The notes below the pieces were generated by a model. The model ran no database searches. It saw nothing but the letters and a program-made list of their open reading frames with translations, and had not been told where the DNA came from. Shown in pieces: positions 7,276 through 17,300 of a DNA stretch of 20,000 nucleotides. Origin of the DNA: an uncultured virus (IMG/VR IMGVR_UViG_3300043467_002020) (Duplodnaviria; Heunggongvirae; Uroviricota; Caudoviricetes); the IMG/VR virus record IMGVR_UViG_3300043467_002020, one strand, 5' to 3'. The position numbers and the translations under genes are program-made. Position 1 is the first letter of the stretch, and each line of letters begins with the position of its first letter.

Positions 7276-9201
7276 CTACTTTACCGGACAAGCTCCAGTT
7301 GCGCAATCGTCCATATCAATCTCTCCGTTGAACTTCTCTTGTACTAATGGAATGGAGAAGTCGATTTTAGAGACCATCTTTTCGTATAGTTCTTTTGTTA
7401 TCTCTTCATATGGAGGGAGAACGAAGTTGTGGTCGCTGTGCAAGAGGAATGATACGGACTTCACGCTCTTGTCGTAGTTCTCAGTCAACCACTCCTGAAT
7501 GCTTTTTAGCTCTTCTTTGCGGTAATAGACCGTAACGGAAACAGCATTGTCTGCCCACTCGGTTTGAACTTTCTTTACCCACTCAAGCTGCTGCACTGCT
7601 GTCATTTCGCTTGCCAAAGTTGAGCCCTCTGGAGACATGCAGGGGAATTCCACAACATAACGCGTATGGTCTTCTCGGCCATCAATGCCGATATCCCATA
7701 CGACCTTGTAGCCACGCTTGCGACATGCGTCAACAAGTGGGTCTGCCGCTCCAAAACGAACGCGCCGGATGTAGTGAGGGGCAAAAGCCGGGTGAATGCC
7801 CGGAGTAACGCCTGGAAGCAGCGAGAGAGTGCCTGAAGGCTGAACCGTGGTCATTCTCACAGACTCAGGGAACCCCTTTTCCGCGGAATACTCCTTATCA
7901 AGGTCGCGTAAGTACTTGTACGCCGTATCGAGCCACGAAACCTGCTGTTCAGTTGCCTGAAGAACTCCAGTAATGCTTTGACCAAGGCGTGCATTGGCCC
8001 TGACAATAGATGTCGTCTTCTCGTACGGGTACGGGAGTCTGGTGATTTGCTTCTGCGTCATGTAAAGGAGACGCGAAAGTGACAAGAATTGCGGCAAAGA
8101 TTCGATATTAGGAAGAAAAATTGTCGCGAGATTGCACGATTCTCCATCTGCAAGTGCAATTTCCGCACATGGATTAAAGCCCTCGATTGTTGCGTCTGGG
8201 CGTTTTTCGCCAAGGCGACCGTGAGTTCGTGCGAGCTTCCTATTAACTAGACCGTATGGCTCTCCCGAGCCGTCATATCCACGCCATAGTTCTGCTGGTA
8301 TTTCTTCCCAGCCGTCGGCATATAGCGAATTGTTACTATTTGCTCGCCACCCAGGAATGTTTCCTGAACCCCAGTTCTTTGCTCGGAGGAAGAGAACATC
8401 GTCAGGGTCGCCCATTGCGATTTGCGCCGAACGCCTTGATGAACCGGAAACAACAATTCGACCAATGATATTGCAGATATCCAAAACATCGATTGACCTA
8501 AGCTTCTTGCCGACACGGTTATCTAAAACCTTGCAAATATCGCTAATACCATCAATGAGGGCTCCAGGTCCGGAAGCAGTACCGCCAAACGTCTTGAGAG
8601 GTGCACCAAACTCACGAATCAAAATGGTCGAATAGGTAAAGGACTTGCCGGTATCAAAGTACGACTTAAGAACGCTATGCAAAAGGCGACGCCAGCCAGT
8701 ACGACTGTCTGGAACAATAATGTCAGCGTCGTTACTACGCTCCTGTGTAATAGTTACTCCACTCTTGATTCTGGGCAAGTCGTGAATCTTTGAACGCTCT
8801 ACGGAAAAACCCACGCCACCGCCAAGCATCAGGTAGTCAAACAGCATTTCAAAATCTTCAACTTTTTCGATATTCGTGAAGTAGCAGTTGTTTAAAGACG
8901 CTCCGCCAAAACGTGCAACCATTCCAGTTCCTAGTTGCCACAAAGCACGCCCACTCATTGAGCAGCGCAGGTTATACATGTGGTCAAAAAGCTCTTCCGC
9001 TTCTTCGCGGGTGTAGGGAACGCCAATTTCTATTGCACCATTGACAACACGCTGAATCGTTTCGGGCCATGTTTCGATGTTGCCGTTGTCTTTTGTGCGG
9101 CTATAGGTACGGAGAAAAACAATTTCTCCCATGCCATTGAAGCCCCATGGAACGGGACGATTGGCGTAAGAAGCAACGAATTTGTCATCAATGTGGTTCA
9201 T
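7276..9201 (-). CDS. nrdJ: Class II (adenosylcobalamin-dependent) ribonucleotide reductase, monomeric RTPR type
   Basis: FLRTYSR, SGRALW, LNNC, GGGVGF, RRSA, finger loop NPCAEI, TTVQPSGT and C-terminal CATGACP. No small-subunit gene adjacent. Confidence 0.93.
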   Translation of the reverse strand: MNHIDDKFVASYANRPVPWGFNGMGEIVFLRTYSRTKDNGNIETWPETIQRVVNGAIEIGVPYTREEAEELFDHMYNLRCSMSGRALWQLGTGMVARFGGASLNNCYFTNIEKVEDFEMLFDYLMLGGGVGFSVERSKIHDLPRIKSGVTITQERSNDADIIVPDSRTGWRRLLHSVLKSYFDTGKSFTYSTILIREFGAPLKTFGGTASGPGALIDGISDICKVLDNRVGKKLRSIDVLDICNIIGRIVVSGSSRRSAQIAMGDPDDVLFLRAKNWGSGNIPGWRANSNNSLYADGWEEIPAELWRGYDGSGEPYGLVNRKLARTHGRLGEKRPDATIEGFNPCAEIALADGESCNLATIFLPNIESLPQFLSLSRLLYMTQKQITRLPYPYEKTTSIVRANARLGQSITGVLQATEQQVSWLDTAYKYLRDLDKEYSAEKGFPESVRMTTVQPSGTLSLLPGVTPGIHPAFAPHYIRRVRFGAADPLVDACRKRGYKVVWDIGIDGREDHTRYVVEFPCMSPEGSTLASEMTAVQQLEWVKKVQTEWADNAVSVTVYYRKEELKSIQEWLTENYDKSVKSVSFLLHSDHNFVLPPYEEITKELYEKMVSKIDFSIPLVQEKFNGEIDMDDCATGACPVK

Positions 9202-9244
9202 GATTTCCTGTCAGGTGGGTGGATTGAATAGTAACTAGGAAACG

Positions 9245-9255
9245 AGTGTAGCGCA
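9245..9255 (-). promoter_or_regulatory. Putative promoter of the nrdJ-HNH-tRNA unit (TGCGC-TACACT)
   Basis: TACACT -10-like hexamer about 45 nt upstream of the start. The TGCGCTA string is shared with the element upstream of 10371. Confidence 0.45.
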
Positions 9256-9290
9256 CAGATGAATAAAGAAAAAGTCGAGAGAATATAAAA

Positions 9291-9626
9291 TTAATTTAAA
9301 AAGCCAAGTCTCCTGGCTTCGGCGATAGAAATGTTTTTGCCTTTTTTATGGACAACTATTTTTGTAACAATACCTGGCGCAATTTCTCGCTCTTCGCAAT
9401 AATCCTCTTGCATACAAAACGCCAAGGAGTCATCGAGAGAAGAGTGCGTGTTGTAGCCCCAAATATCTTCCGGCAACAAACTTGCAGAATTGCCCTCACA
9501 ATCGCCAGTCGGGTGACCGCAAACGGGACACGGAAGCCTGTCGGCCCGAAGAATACTAAACCCAGAATGTTTATCTTCAAATATGGACATTTCGCCAAAT
9601 CCTGGGCTATCGTAAAATGCATTCAC
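9291..9626 (-). CDS. Hypothetical protein with CPVCGHPTGDC metal-binding motif
   Basis: 111-aa ORF co-oriented with its neighbours. TAAACT (9634-9639) lies 7 nt before the GTG start. Confidence 0.75.
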   Translation of the reverse strand: MNAFYDSPGFGEMSIFEDKHSGFSILRADRLPCPVCGHPTGDCEGNSASLLPEDIWGYNTHSSLDDSLAFCMQEDYCEEREIAPGIVTKIVVHKKGKNISIAEARRLGFLN

Positions 9627-9640
9627 ATTAATAAGTTTAT

Positions 9641-10279
9641 CTAAATAATGCTCTGCATAATAAAACCAAAACTGGCTATTTTTGCAGCAGCATCGAGAAG
9701 GCTCTGGTCGTCGACCGATTCGCTGGGCCCCATTTGAAGAACTCTATTTAACATGTGGGGGTATTTTGTTTGTTTTGTATGGTGTTCTGCTTTTTCCGGA
9801 TAAACCAGCACCTCTTTCCAGTGCACCTTGCGCCCTAACGCAATCTTGTATGGGGCGGCAACCATGGATGTAGGCGTAATATGGCCATTTTCTTCGTCAA
9901 TTGACGCATGGCTAACCGTCAGGCATTCATATATGGGCAATTTGGGGTCCGAAAACGCCAAAGCTAGGTCCATATTCTTGGTTTTATGGGAGTCTAGGGA
10001 GCAGTAACCCTCCGAGACCATGGTGATGGCCGTGGCCCACATATCCTTGCGGAGTACCTTGCACACCTCTTTGCATCTTTCAAAGCGTACTTCTGGGTCC
10101 AATTTCATTGTTTCAGAGTTCATTTGAGATATCGAAATCAGTCCGTCATCCATCCACGCTAGAAAATGGATGGCCAAATCCTCCCCAACCCCATGTTCCT
10201 CGACTGCCGTATCTTTCGCCAGCTGGGCCGATGTCAGGGCAAGAGCCATTTTACTAAAATCATCCATGTATTGGTCCAC
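9641..10279 (-). CDS. Hypothetical protein (about 212 aa)
   Basis: Long ORF. The likely start is GTG 10279 (TAAAAT 5 nt upstream) or ATG 10267, rather than 10354, which runs into the divergent promoter region. Confidence 0.7.
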   Translation of the reverse strand: MDQYMDDFSKMALALTSAQLAKDTAVEEHGVGEDLAIHFLAWMDDGLISISQMNSETMKLDPEVRFERCKEVCKVLRKDMWATAITMVSEGYCSLDSHKTKNMDLALAFSDPKLPIYECLTVSHASIDEENGHITPTSMVAAPYKIALGRKVHWKEVLVYPEKAEHHTKQTKYPHMLNRVLQMGPSESVDDQSLLDAAAKIASFGFIMQSII

Positions 10280-10342
10280 GAGGCATTTTAGACAAATATT
10301 CTTCATTTCCATGGTAAACAAATAAACCGCTTTTGCAACGGC

Positions 10343-10366
10343 CGACACACTCATGCGCTAAGGTTG
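10343..10366 (+). promoter_or_regulatory. Putative leaderless promoter (TAAGGT -10) with upstream CGACACA element
   Basis: TAAGGT at 10359-10364 is 6 nt before ATG 10371, with no SD. The stretch is 18/24 identical to 3736-3759. Confidence 0.5.
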
Positions 10367-10370
10367 CATC

Positions 10371-10691
10371 ATGACTGAAAGCATCAAAAAGAACCAAACA
10401 AAGACCCCCAAGAAGGCCGCCGTTAAAAAGGCTCCTGCAAAGAAAACCGCCCCCAAGAAGGCCGCCGCCAAGAAGTCCCCGGTGAAGAAGGCCGCTGCCA
10501 AGAAGGCTCCTGTGAAGAAGGCCGCGGAGAAGCAGCCCGAAGTTCAATTCGATATCTTGGATGAGCTTCGCGATGAGGTCATTGAATGGGCCGACGATTT
10601 TATTGCCGCAAATCCGAATGTAAAAGTAAATGGCAAGGTTGGAATTTTACAGACTTGGTTCCGTAAGTTCTTTAGTCGTCGCGCTAAATAA
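10371..10691 (+). CDS. Histone H1-like Lys/Ala/Pro-repeat protein
   Basis: PKKAAVKKAPAKKTAPKKAAAKKSPVKKAAAKKAPVKKAAEK: about 8 pentapeptide repeats, then an acidic helix and an aromatic/basic C-terminus. Confidence 0.85.
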   Translation: MTESIKKNQTKTPKKAAVKKAPAKKTAPKKAAAKKSPVKKAAAKKAPVKKAAEKQPEVQFDILDELRDEVIEWADDFIAANPNVKVNGKVGILQTWFRKFFSRRAK

Positions 10692-10714
10692 CTGCGCGAG
10701 TTGCATCTTTCATA

Positions 10715-11128
10715 ATGACAACAGAAAGACGCAGAGCCCCACGTAAAAAAATAACATCTATCGAGAAGACCGGTAGGTGGGGTCATCTTGTTTATCATCA
10801 CAAACTTGAATGTGGTCATATCGACGTACGCAAAAGAGCCGCAACATCTGATGAAATAGCATGCATGTGGTGCCTTAGGGCGGAAGAACAAGATGTTGAG
10901 ATTAAAAAAATGTCTGCGCCTTTAGTTCAAAATGTTTTTTATGACGACAATCTAGCTGCAGAAGAAACGCGCATTGAAAAAACCAGAGCTGCAATTGCTG
11001 CACGTATTGGCGTACCAATGGAGGCAGTGGATATTTCTTCAGAAGATGTTGCTGGTTTGCTTGTGATTCGCAGCGCAGTCGTGTATCTTTCTGCACGCGA
11101 CATAGTTCGCATTGCGGGGGGAATTTAG
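10715..11128 (+). CDS. Hypothetical protein with N-terminal zinc-ribbon-like motif
   Basis: LECGH...IACMWC. Co-oriented within the operon. Confidence 0.75.
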   Translation: MTTERRRAPRKKITSIEKTGRWGHLVYHHKLECGHIDVRKRAATSDEIACMWCLRAEEQDVEIKKMSAPLVQNVFYDDNLAAEETRIEKTRAAIAARIGVPMEAVDISSEDVAGLLVIRSAVVYLSARDIVRIAGGI

Positions 11129-11154
11129 CTCTCGCCCATACAACGGAGGTTCAA

Positions 11155-11478
11155 TTGGAATCAGTCAGTAGGGTGGACGTAATGCCGCGAGGCGGAAAAT
11201 GCACGGGACATAATCCAAATATATGGTTCCCTATGGCTGACAAATCTCAGCCTGGTCAGTTTTCTGAAAATTACAGACAGGCCAGAGCAGATACTCAAAT
11301 TGCTAAACAAATATGCGGAACGTGCGAAATTAAAATTGAATGCCTCTCGTATGCTCTCTATCATGAGATGTTTGGTATTTGGGGAGGGACATCCGAGCGC
11401 GAGCGTCATAGAATGCGGAGACAAATGAACATCGTCCCCGTACCTAAGATACCATTCAACATACTCCTACCTCATTAG
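11155..11478 (+). CDS. whiB: WhiB-family Fe-S transcription factor
   Basis: Four Cys (GKC...ICGTC...EC), WFP and GIWGGTSERER. TTG start with GGAGG at 11145-11149. Confidence 0.93.
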   Translation: MESVSRVDVMPRGGKCTGHNPNIWFPMADKSQPGQFSENYRQARADTQIAKQICGTCEIKIECLSYALYHEMFGIWGGTSERERHRMRRQMNIVPVPKIPFNILLPH

Positions 11479-11496
11479 AAAAAGAGCGATTAGCCA

Positions 11497-13341
11497 ATGC
11501 CTACTATTCCATCGCCAGAAACAGAAAACTTTCTAGGACTCTTGGATGGCGTGCGTAAGGCTGGCTCTGGCTGGATTGCGCGCTGTCCGTGTAGAAATGA
11601 TGATTCAAATCCATCCCTATCCGTGGGACAAGGGGCGGACGGTCGTGTCCTTGTCACCTGTCATCGTGGCATGTCATGCAACGTTGACGACATATGCCAG
11701 TCTGTTGGCATTAGTGTTTCTGACTTGATGCCGAAAAAAGACGAATATGACAGGCCTTTTAAACAGGAGACGCGACAACTTCCAGCCGCAAAGAATAGAG
11801 AAACAAAAGATTTGAGTGAAAAAATTTCCCGACCACCCAAGAAACTCACCTTGACCAATACCTATGACTACACGGACGAGAATGGTCTACTTCTTTTTCA
11901 AAAACTCCGCTACATAGATGAAGACGGAAAGAAATCTTTCAGTCAGCGCAAGCCCGACGGCAAGAGTGGATGGGAATACAGCTTAGGTGATGTCCCGAAA
12001 GTCCTATACAACCTCCCTGGAGTTATCTCAGCGCGAGCATTTGATGCAACCATATGGGTGGTCGAGGGGGAGAAGGATGCAGACACACTAATTGAGGCAG
12101 GTTTCGTTGCAACGACGATGCCAGGTGGGGCTGGTAAATGGCTCGAGATACACACCGAACCCTTGAGTGGGAGCGTTGTTGAAATAGTCGCAGACAATGA
12201 CGAAGTTGGTATCAAGCATGCGCTTAATGTTTGTGAGAAATTAATTGACGCTGGTTGTGACGCTCAGGTTTGGATATGTCCATCCCACAAGGACATAACC
12301 GACCACCTTTCTGCTGGAATGTCAATTGATGATTTGGTCGCCTACGAAGCGCCTCCCGTGCTCAATGATTATTCAGTTTCAGAAAATGGGTTTACGGAAG
12401 TTGAACTAACGGGAATAAAAATTAATGAGGATTTGTCGCCAGAGGACCTTGCCCTACAGAAGCTAAAGGAATTAATAGAAAGGGACGACCTCAATGTTAA
12501 GCAAAAAATTGCTAAAAGCAATCTCATATTGGCCACAGCCACCGTCTCCTTTTCGCTTGATACTGGCCGCCTAGTTCACTGGAATGATTTCCTTAAAGAG
12601 ACTGATGGAGACACCTACGATTGGGTCATACCAGGACTTCTTGAGAGAAGCGAGCGTGTCATAGTCGTGGCCGCTGAGGGTGTTGGTAAGACAATGCTCG
12701 CCCGACAAGTGGCGCTCCTCTGCGCTGCAGGAATCCACCCGTTCTCTTTTCAGCCCATGCCAGCCATAAAGACGCTCACCCTCGACCTAGAAAACCCAGA
12801 CAGAATTATTAGACGTACTGGTCACTCAATTGCTATGCAGGCAATGGCTTCTGGCCGAGTGACTAGACTAAATGCAGAACTATTGACCAGGCCGTCCGGA
12901 ATGGACCTGCTCAAGGCAAGCGATAGGGCATCACTTGAAGAGGCCCTAGACAGGGTGCGTCCTGACTTACTAGTCATTGGCCCGCTATATAAGGCTTTCC
13001 TTGACCCAGGCGGGCGGACCTCTGAATCAATCGCCCTAGAAGTAGCAAAATATCTAGACACCATTAGGACTGTTTATAAATGTGCGCTATGGATTGAGCA
13101 CCACGCCCCACTTGGCACAAGCATGACCAGCAGGGACCTGCGGCCATTTGGTTCTGCCGTGTGGTCGAGGTGGCCGGAATTTGGCATATCCCTTCAGCCA
13201 GACCCAACAGCTCTCGGCGCATATGTTTACGATGTCCGTCATTTCCGTGGTGCACGTGACGAGCGCCAATGGCCGACTAAAATAAAGAGAGGCGTCAAAT
13301 TCCCGTTTGAGGTCATTGACTGGTCTAAGGCTGTAACGTGA
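11497..13341 (+). CDS. Primase-helicase (Zn finger + TOPRIM + RecA-like AAA_25/RepA helicase)
   Basis: ARCPC...PSLSV...TCHRGMSC zinc finger. VVEGEKDAD, ADND and KDITD TOPRIM motifs. Walker A AAEGVGKT, then DLEN, IEHH and RPFGS. Confidence 0.9.
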   Translation: MPTIPSPETENFLGLLDGVRKAGSGWIARCPCRNDDSNPSLSVGQGADGRVLVTCHRGMSCNVDDICQSVGISVSDLMPKKDEYDRPFKQETRQLPAAKNRETKDLSEKISRPPKKLTLTNTYDYTDENGLLLFQKLRYIDEDGKKSFSQRKPDGKSGWEYSLGDVPKVLYNLPGVISARAFDATIWVVEGEKDADTLIEAGFVATTMPGGAGKWLEIHTEPLSGSVVEIVADNDEVGIKHALNVCEKLIDAGCDAQVWICPSHKDITDHLSAGMSIDDLVAYEAPPVLNDYSVSENGFTEVELTGIKINEDLSPEDLALQKLKELIERDDLNVKQKIAKSNLILATATVSFSLDTGRLVHWNDFLKETDGDTYDWVIPGLLERSERVIVVAAEGVGKTMLARQVALLCAAGIHPFSFQPMPAIKTLTLDLENPDRIIRRTGHSIAMQAMASGRVTRLNAELLTRPSGMDLLKASDRASLEEALDRVRPDLLVIGPLYKAFLDPGGRTSESIALEVAKYLDTIRTVYKCALWIEHHAPLGTSMTSRDLRPFGSAVWSRWPEFGISLQPDPTALGAYVYDVRHFRGARDERQWPTKIKRGVKFPFEVIDWSKAVT

Positions 13342-14006
13342 GCGACGAAAAATCAAAACCAATTACTACTAAAGAGTTCCTCCACGAGCGCGATATGCGC
13401 ATCTTCAAGATGAGGCAAGCCGGAACTTCTGTTAATGAGATAGCCCGACGATTCGGCATATCTACTCAGTCGGTAGCACGCTCAGTTCAGCGTCAATTAG
13501 AAAAAATGAACAAGGAGGCCATTCTTGCGTATCCAGAAATTCTGAGAATGGAGCTCGAACGGCTAGATAATCTCCAGCAAGCAATTTGGCCAATGACACA
13601 ACATAGACGTGTCTCAATGGACGACGGAACAGAAGTGCAGGTCGAGCCAGACCTCAAGGCAATTCAACAGGTCCTATCAATCATGGACCGAAGAACAAAA
13701 CTACTCGGCATGGAGCAGACAAATGTTAATGTAAATGTTGACGCAAATATCAACTCTACAATTAGGGCAACCATTGCCGGACAGCCTGGTGTAATCATGC
13801 CTGCTTCCGGCTTTGACGCTGAATCAGAAGCCAGAAAACTACTAGAACTCATGGGTATAGCAGGCGTTCTACCTGCGGAAACAGTTTCATCTATTCTTGC
13901 AAAAAATCAAAAACCTGACGACGGCATTATCGATGCTGAAGTAGTATCGGATTTAGAAGACAGGCCGATTTACAGGGATTTTGACAACAATGACCCAGGA
14001 CAGTAA
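13338..14006 (+). CDS. HTH DNA-binding protein, possible terminase small subunit
   Basis: HTH motif MRQAGTSVNEIARRFGIS, then ELERLDNLQQAIW and AIQQVLSIMDRRTKLLG, a pattern I associate with actinophage small-terminase-like proteins. GTGA overlap with the upstream gene. Confidence 0.65.
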   Translation: MSDEKSKPITTKEFLHERDMRIFKMRQAGTSVNEIARRFGISTQSVARSVQRQLEKMNKEAILAYPEILRMELERLDNLQQAIWPMTQHRRVSMDDGTEVQVEPDLKAIQQVLSIMDRRTKLLGMEQTNVNVNVDANINSTIRATIAGQPGVIMPASGFDAESEARKLLELMGIAGVLPAETVSSILAKNQKPDDGIIDAEVVSDLEDRPIYRDFDNNDPGQ

Positions 14007-14316
14007 CCCAGAAGAAGACAATATTCGTGCGGCAATGGACAAAGTGGCAGAAACAATAACGCCAACGGTCTCCCCGTTAATCAATGCTGCTGATGGCCCT
14101 GCGGATAAGCAGGTTTTAATCAGAACCAACGATTATGAACGAAATAGATGGAAAGAGGCCGCAACGCTCGAACAGGTAACTCTTTCTGCGTGGATACGGA
14201 ATACCCTCAATTCAGAGGCCAAGCGTCTTCTGGAGTGTGAACACCCGCTGAACATGATGCGCTTCTACCCGTGGGCAAAAATATGCACCAAATGCGGCGC
14301 TCGCCTCAAATCCTAG
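13990..14316 (+). CDS. Ribbon-helix-helix-like DNA-binding protein with C-terminal zinc ribbon
   Basis: KQVLIRT...ERNRWKEAA...TLSAWIRNTLN is an RHH pattern, followed by CEH...CTKCG. ATG 13990 preferred as start. Confidence 0.7.
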   Translation: MTQDSNPEEDNIRAAMDKVAETITPTVSPLINAADGPADKQVLIRTNDYERNRWKEAATLEQVTLSAWIRNTLNSEAKRLLECEHPLNMMRFYPWAKICTKCGARLKS

Positions 14317-14327
14317 GTTATTTACAA

Positions 14328-14336
14328 TGGTATTAT
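14328..14336 (+). promoter_or_regulatory. Extended -10 promoter (TGGTATTAT) for the giant ORF
   Basis: TGnTAnnnT located 8 nt before ATG 14345 in an AT-rich gap with no SD. Confidence 0.55.
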
Positions 14337-14344
14337 TTAATTAA

Positions 14345-17300
14345 ATGTCTGTAGATAACAATGAGTTCCACATCCCCTTTGAGGAAACGCGTCGCGGTGT
14401 AGATTCAAACACCGAAGAAAAGGCCGCCCTCGGTCGGCTGGGGCGCTATTTGGGCTCCAGAGCCACAAACAGACCCACTATCGGCCAGAGGCGAAGAGGC
14501 AGGGGCGGTGGTCGAGGGGTCGAAATACCTACCGGCGGCAAGCCAGGCACACGAAACCCAACGGGCTCGCGAAGGGACGTCGATGGAGACGGCTGGGCTG
14601 ACGAAGGAACCAAGAAGCCGGTATGGGTGGGGATGGGGAATACGGAGCCCGCATCAAAACCAAAGCCTCAAGCGCAAAGACAAACAGCGAAAAGAACCGA
14701 GACAGAAGTTGCCAAGAAGCTATCCAGTGGATTGGAGCAACTGTCGCCGTTAGAGCGTTACGACTATGGTCCAGTGGTTGCTGCCAAAAAAATCAAAAGC
14801 AAAGACACCGAATACAGGCTAGTCATTAGGAATGACTTTGATATTGGCATCTATCTTGAATCAGATTTCAACAAAGCACGCGACGTTTTAGTCGAGAGAT
14901 TCAACAAACTTGGAGCGAACCCCTTCAACGATAAGCCATCTCCATTGGGTCCGGAGGATATCGACGACAGGGATGTTCTGAGGTTCATGCTCGACAACGA
15001 TAAGACCATAAAAACCATGTCGGCCATGCAAGTATGGTCGCCCGGTGGCGGCAGTCGAACTGAAGTTTTTCAAATCAACACAAGACCCAAACACCAAAGA
15101 CGTGGTCTCGCAGCAGAGATGTTCAATACACATAGGGAAACTTTCCCTGAGTTGGACCTTCAGCACAGTGATGCGTTGAGCGAGGATGGTCGAGCATTTT
15201 CAAAAGCAGTACCGGCTACGTCCAACATGGAATCCCCAGATAGGCCGTCCAGTCTTTCGTCTGGAAAAAAATATCAAGAGCTTGTCGATGCTCAGCCAGA
15301 ATTAACCGAAGAAAAGTTGCGTCAGATAGACGAGCTTAATGAATTATTAAAAAGCGATTTACTTGATAGCGCCGACTCGTATAGTGAAGATACTGATGTA
15401 TTTGGCACAGGAATAGATATTTTAAATGATTCACCAGAGCGTGCAGCACAAAGAAAAAGAGTGCATGATTTATTACGTGAAATTTTTAGTGGAGAAATTG
15501 AGTTAGAGGAAGACATCATCGTCACCGCTACTAATGGCGAAAAAATAAATTTAGGAAAAACTGTTGTTGTTGATGTTGCTGAATCTTTCGAAGCCCTTGG
15601 CTGGCAGGTGGAGATAGACGAAGTAAGTGAAGAAGATATACAACTAGTCCAAGACCAAACTTTTGAACCATTTCTTTCAGCCGATTCAACCGGCATTGGC
15701 CTAGCCGCAAGATTTCAATTCAAACTAACCCCCACTGCCGATGCCGCAGAACGACTAACTGCAGCCGGGGTGCCAGATGAAATGATTTGGGATGAGATGA
15801 TGTCGGTTGGGCCCGGCACCCAAGGAGAAGTGCAATTTGGTCGCTCCGCAAGAATGCTTTCGTATTTTCCTGGAGATAAACCAACGGCGACGATGCAGCA
15901 TGAGACTTTCTTTCTGAATTCGGAGTCTCAAGGACACGGCATAGGAAGCGCATTCAATGCAAGAAATGAAAAAATATACGAAGCTATCGGTCAATTAAAA
16001 ATATTTGCAGCGGGGACGTCCAATACCGAAGAATCCATTGGGGCGACGCACTGGCCTAGAAATGGATTCACGTGGGCCGGGGAACCAGGGAAACAAACTT
16101 TTCTTGGGACAATCGCAGAAGCCCTCGATGATACTGAACAGAACTGGTTTAGTCCGGAAGAGAAATCCCGGATATCGTCATTAATACGGAAAAATCCTGA
16201 TACGGGCTTATTTGAAACTGACTCAACCCCAGAAAATCTTCTCAAATTCCAACGAGCAACGGAATTATTCAAAGAAAAAGAATTGTCGATTCTTTACGTG
16301 CGTGAAGTATCCAAGAGAAAGACTCCAGCCGGCGCACTTTCCAGTGGGCGCATCGGAACCGTAAAAACAGAACCAGTCGAGATGATGCGTTCAACGGAGT
16401 TTCCGAAACTAGGTACTAAATTAATTGATTCTGGCGGTACGCCCGACCCCACCTCTAGTCAAAAACAATATATGGAATTCCCGGTTTACGAAATTGACGG
16501 GAAAAAATTTGCGTTTGGCAATACTGACTTGGGCCGATTCCAGCCTGAGTTCAATACCGAAGATATAGAGATAGTCCCTCTAAATCCTTACGCAATTGTC
16601 GGACTGCCCAAAACCTCCACCGAAGGACAAGAGTGGGCGTTGAAAATGTTTCATGCGATTCAAGCAGTTTCTCTTCTTGACGACATTGAGGCTGGGCGTG
16701 TTGGCAATAGAAAAGTTGGCCTAGTCGCAGCTTTAACTTATGCTGCGAAGCGGGGAGATAAGCCTGCCCTAGAAGAACTGGAACGTTTGGCAAAAATTGG
16801 TGAGGAGCTTTTAGTAAACAACCGACGAGATTTCGTATCGGCTGCGAAGGTGTACAACGAACAGATGTGGGACGTTGACGGCACCTATTGGGACGACACG
16901 CCAAATATGCAAGTCGTTCTTGGCCCGACAAGAACCAATGAATACGGCGACACCGTCCGCACAACAAGAGCACTAGGCATCGATGACATGTTTCTTGTTC
17001 ACCAAACATCATATAAGCCTCAGTATGATGACGACGGCAATATTATTCTTAAACCAACCGGGGATTTTATCCCAATTGACCCCAATACTGGCGAGCAATT
17101 ATTGGACCCCATATCAGGCAAGCCAGTCGCCATGCCAGACCGCGATTCCATACATATGACCCTTAATCACATGGTCAAGGGTCATATGTGGAGAAATGAG
17201 CCCACGGAATCAACAAGCGTTATCATCGTTCCACTAAGAGACGTACTTGACGCTAACCCCGGCTCCTTGGACAACCTTTTCGTAGTTGACACATTCCTCA

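Noticed and set aside
7276..9201. Intron or intein in nrdJ, given the adjacent HNH gene
   Set aside because: The ORF is continuous, 641 aa, with the expected motifs in order and no intein signature. The HNH is outside it.
10400..10535. 15-bp-period DNA repeats as a possible CRISPR array or origin iterons
   Set aside because: They are degenerate coding repeats with no spacers.
10260..10547. Antisense Leu/Gly-repeat ORF (GLLHRGLLGGGLL)
   Set aside because: It is simply the reverse complement of the KKA repeats.
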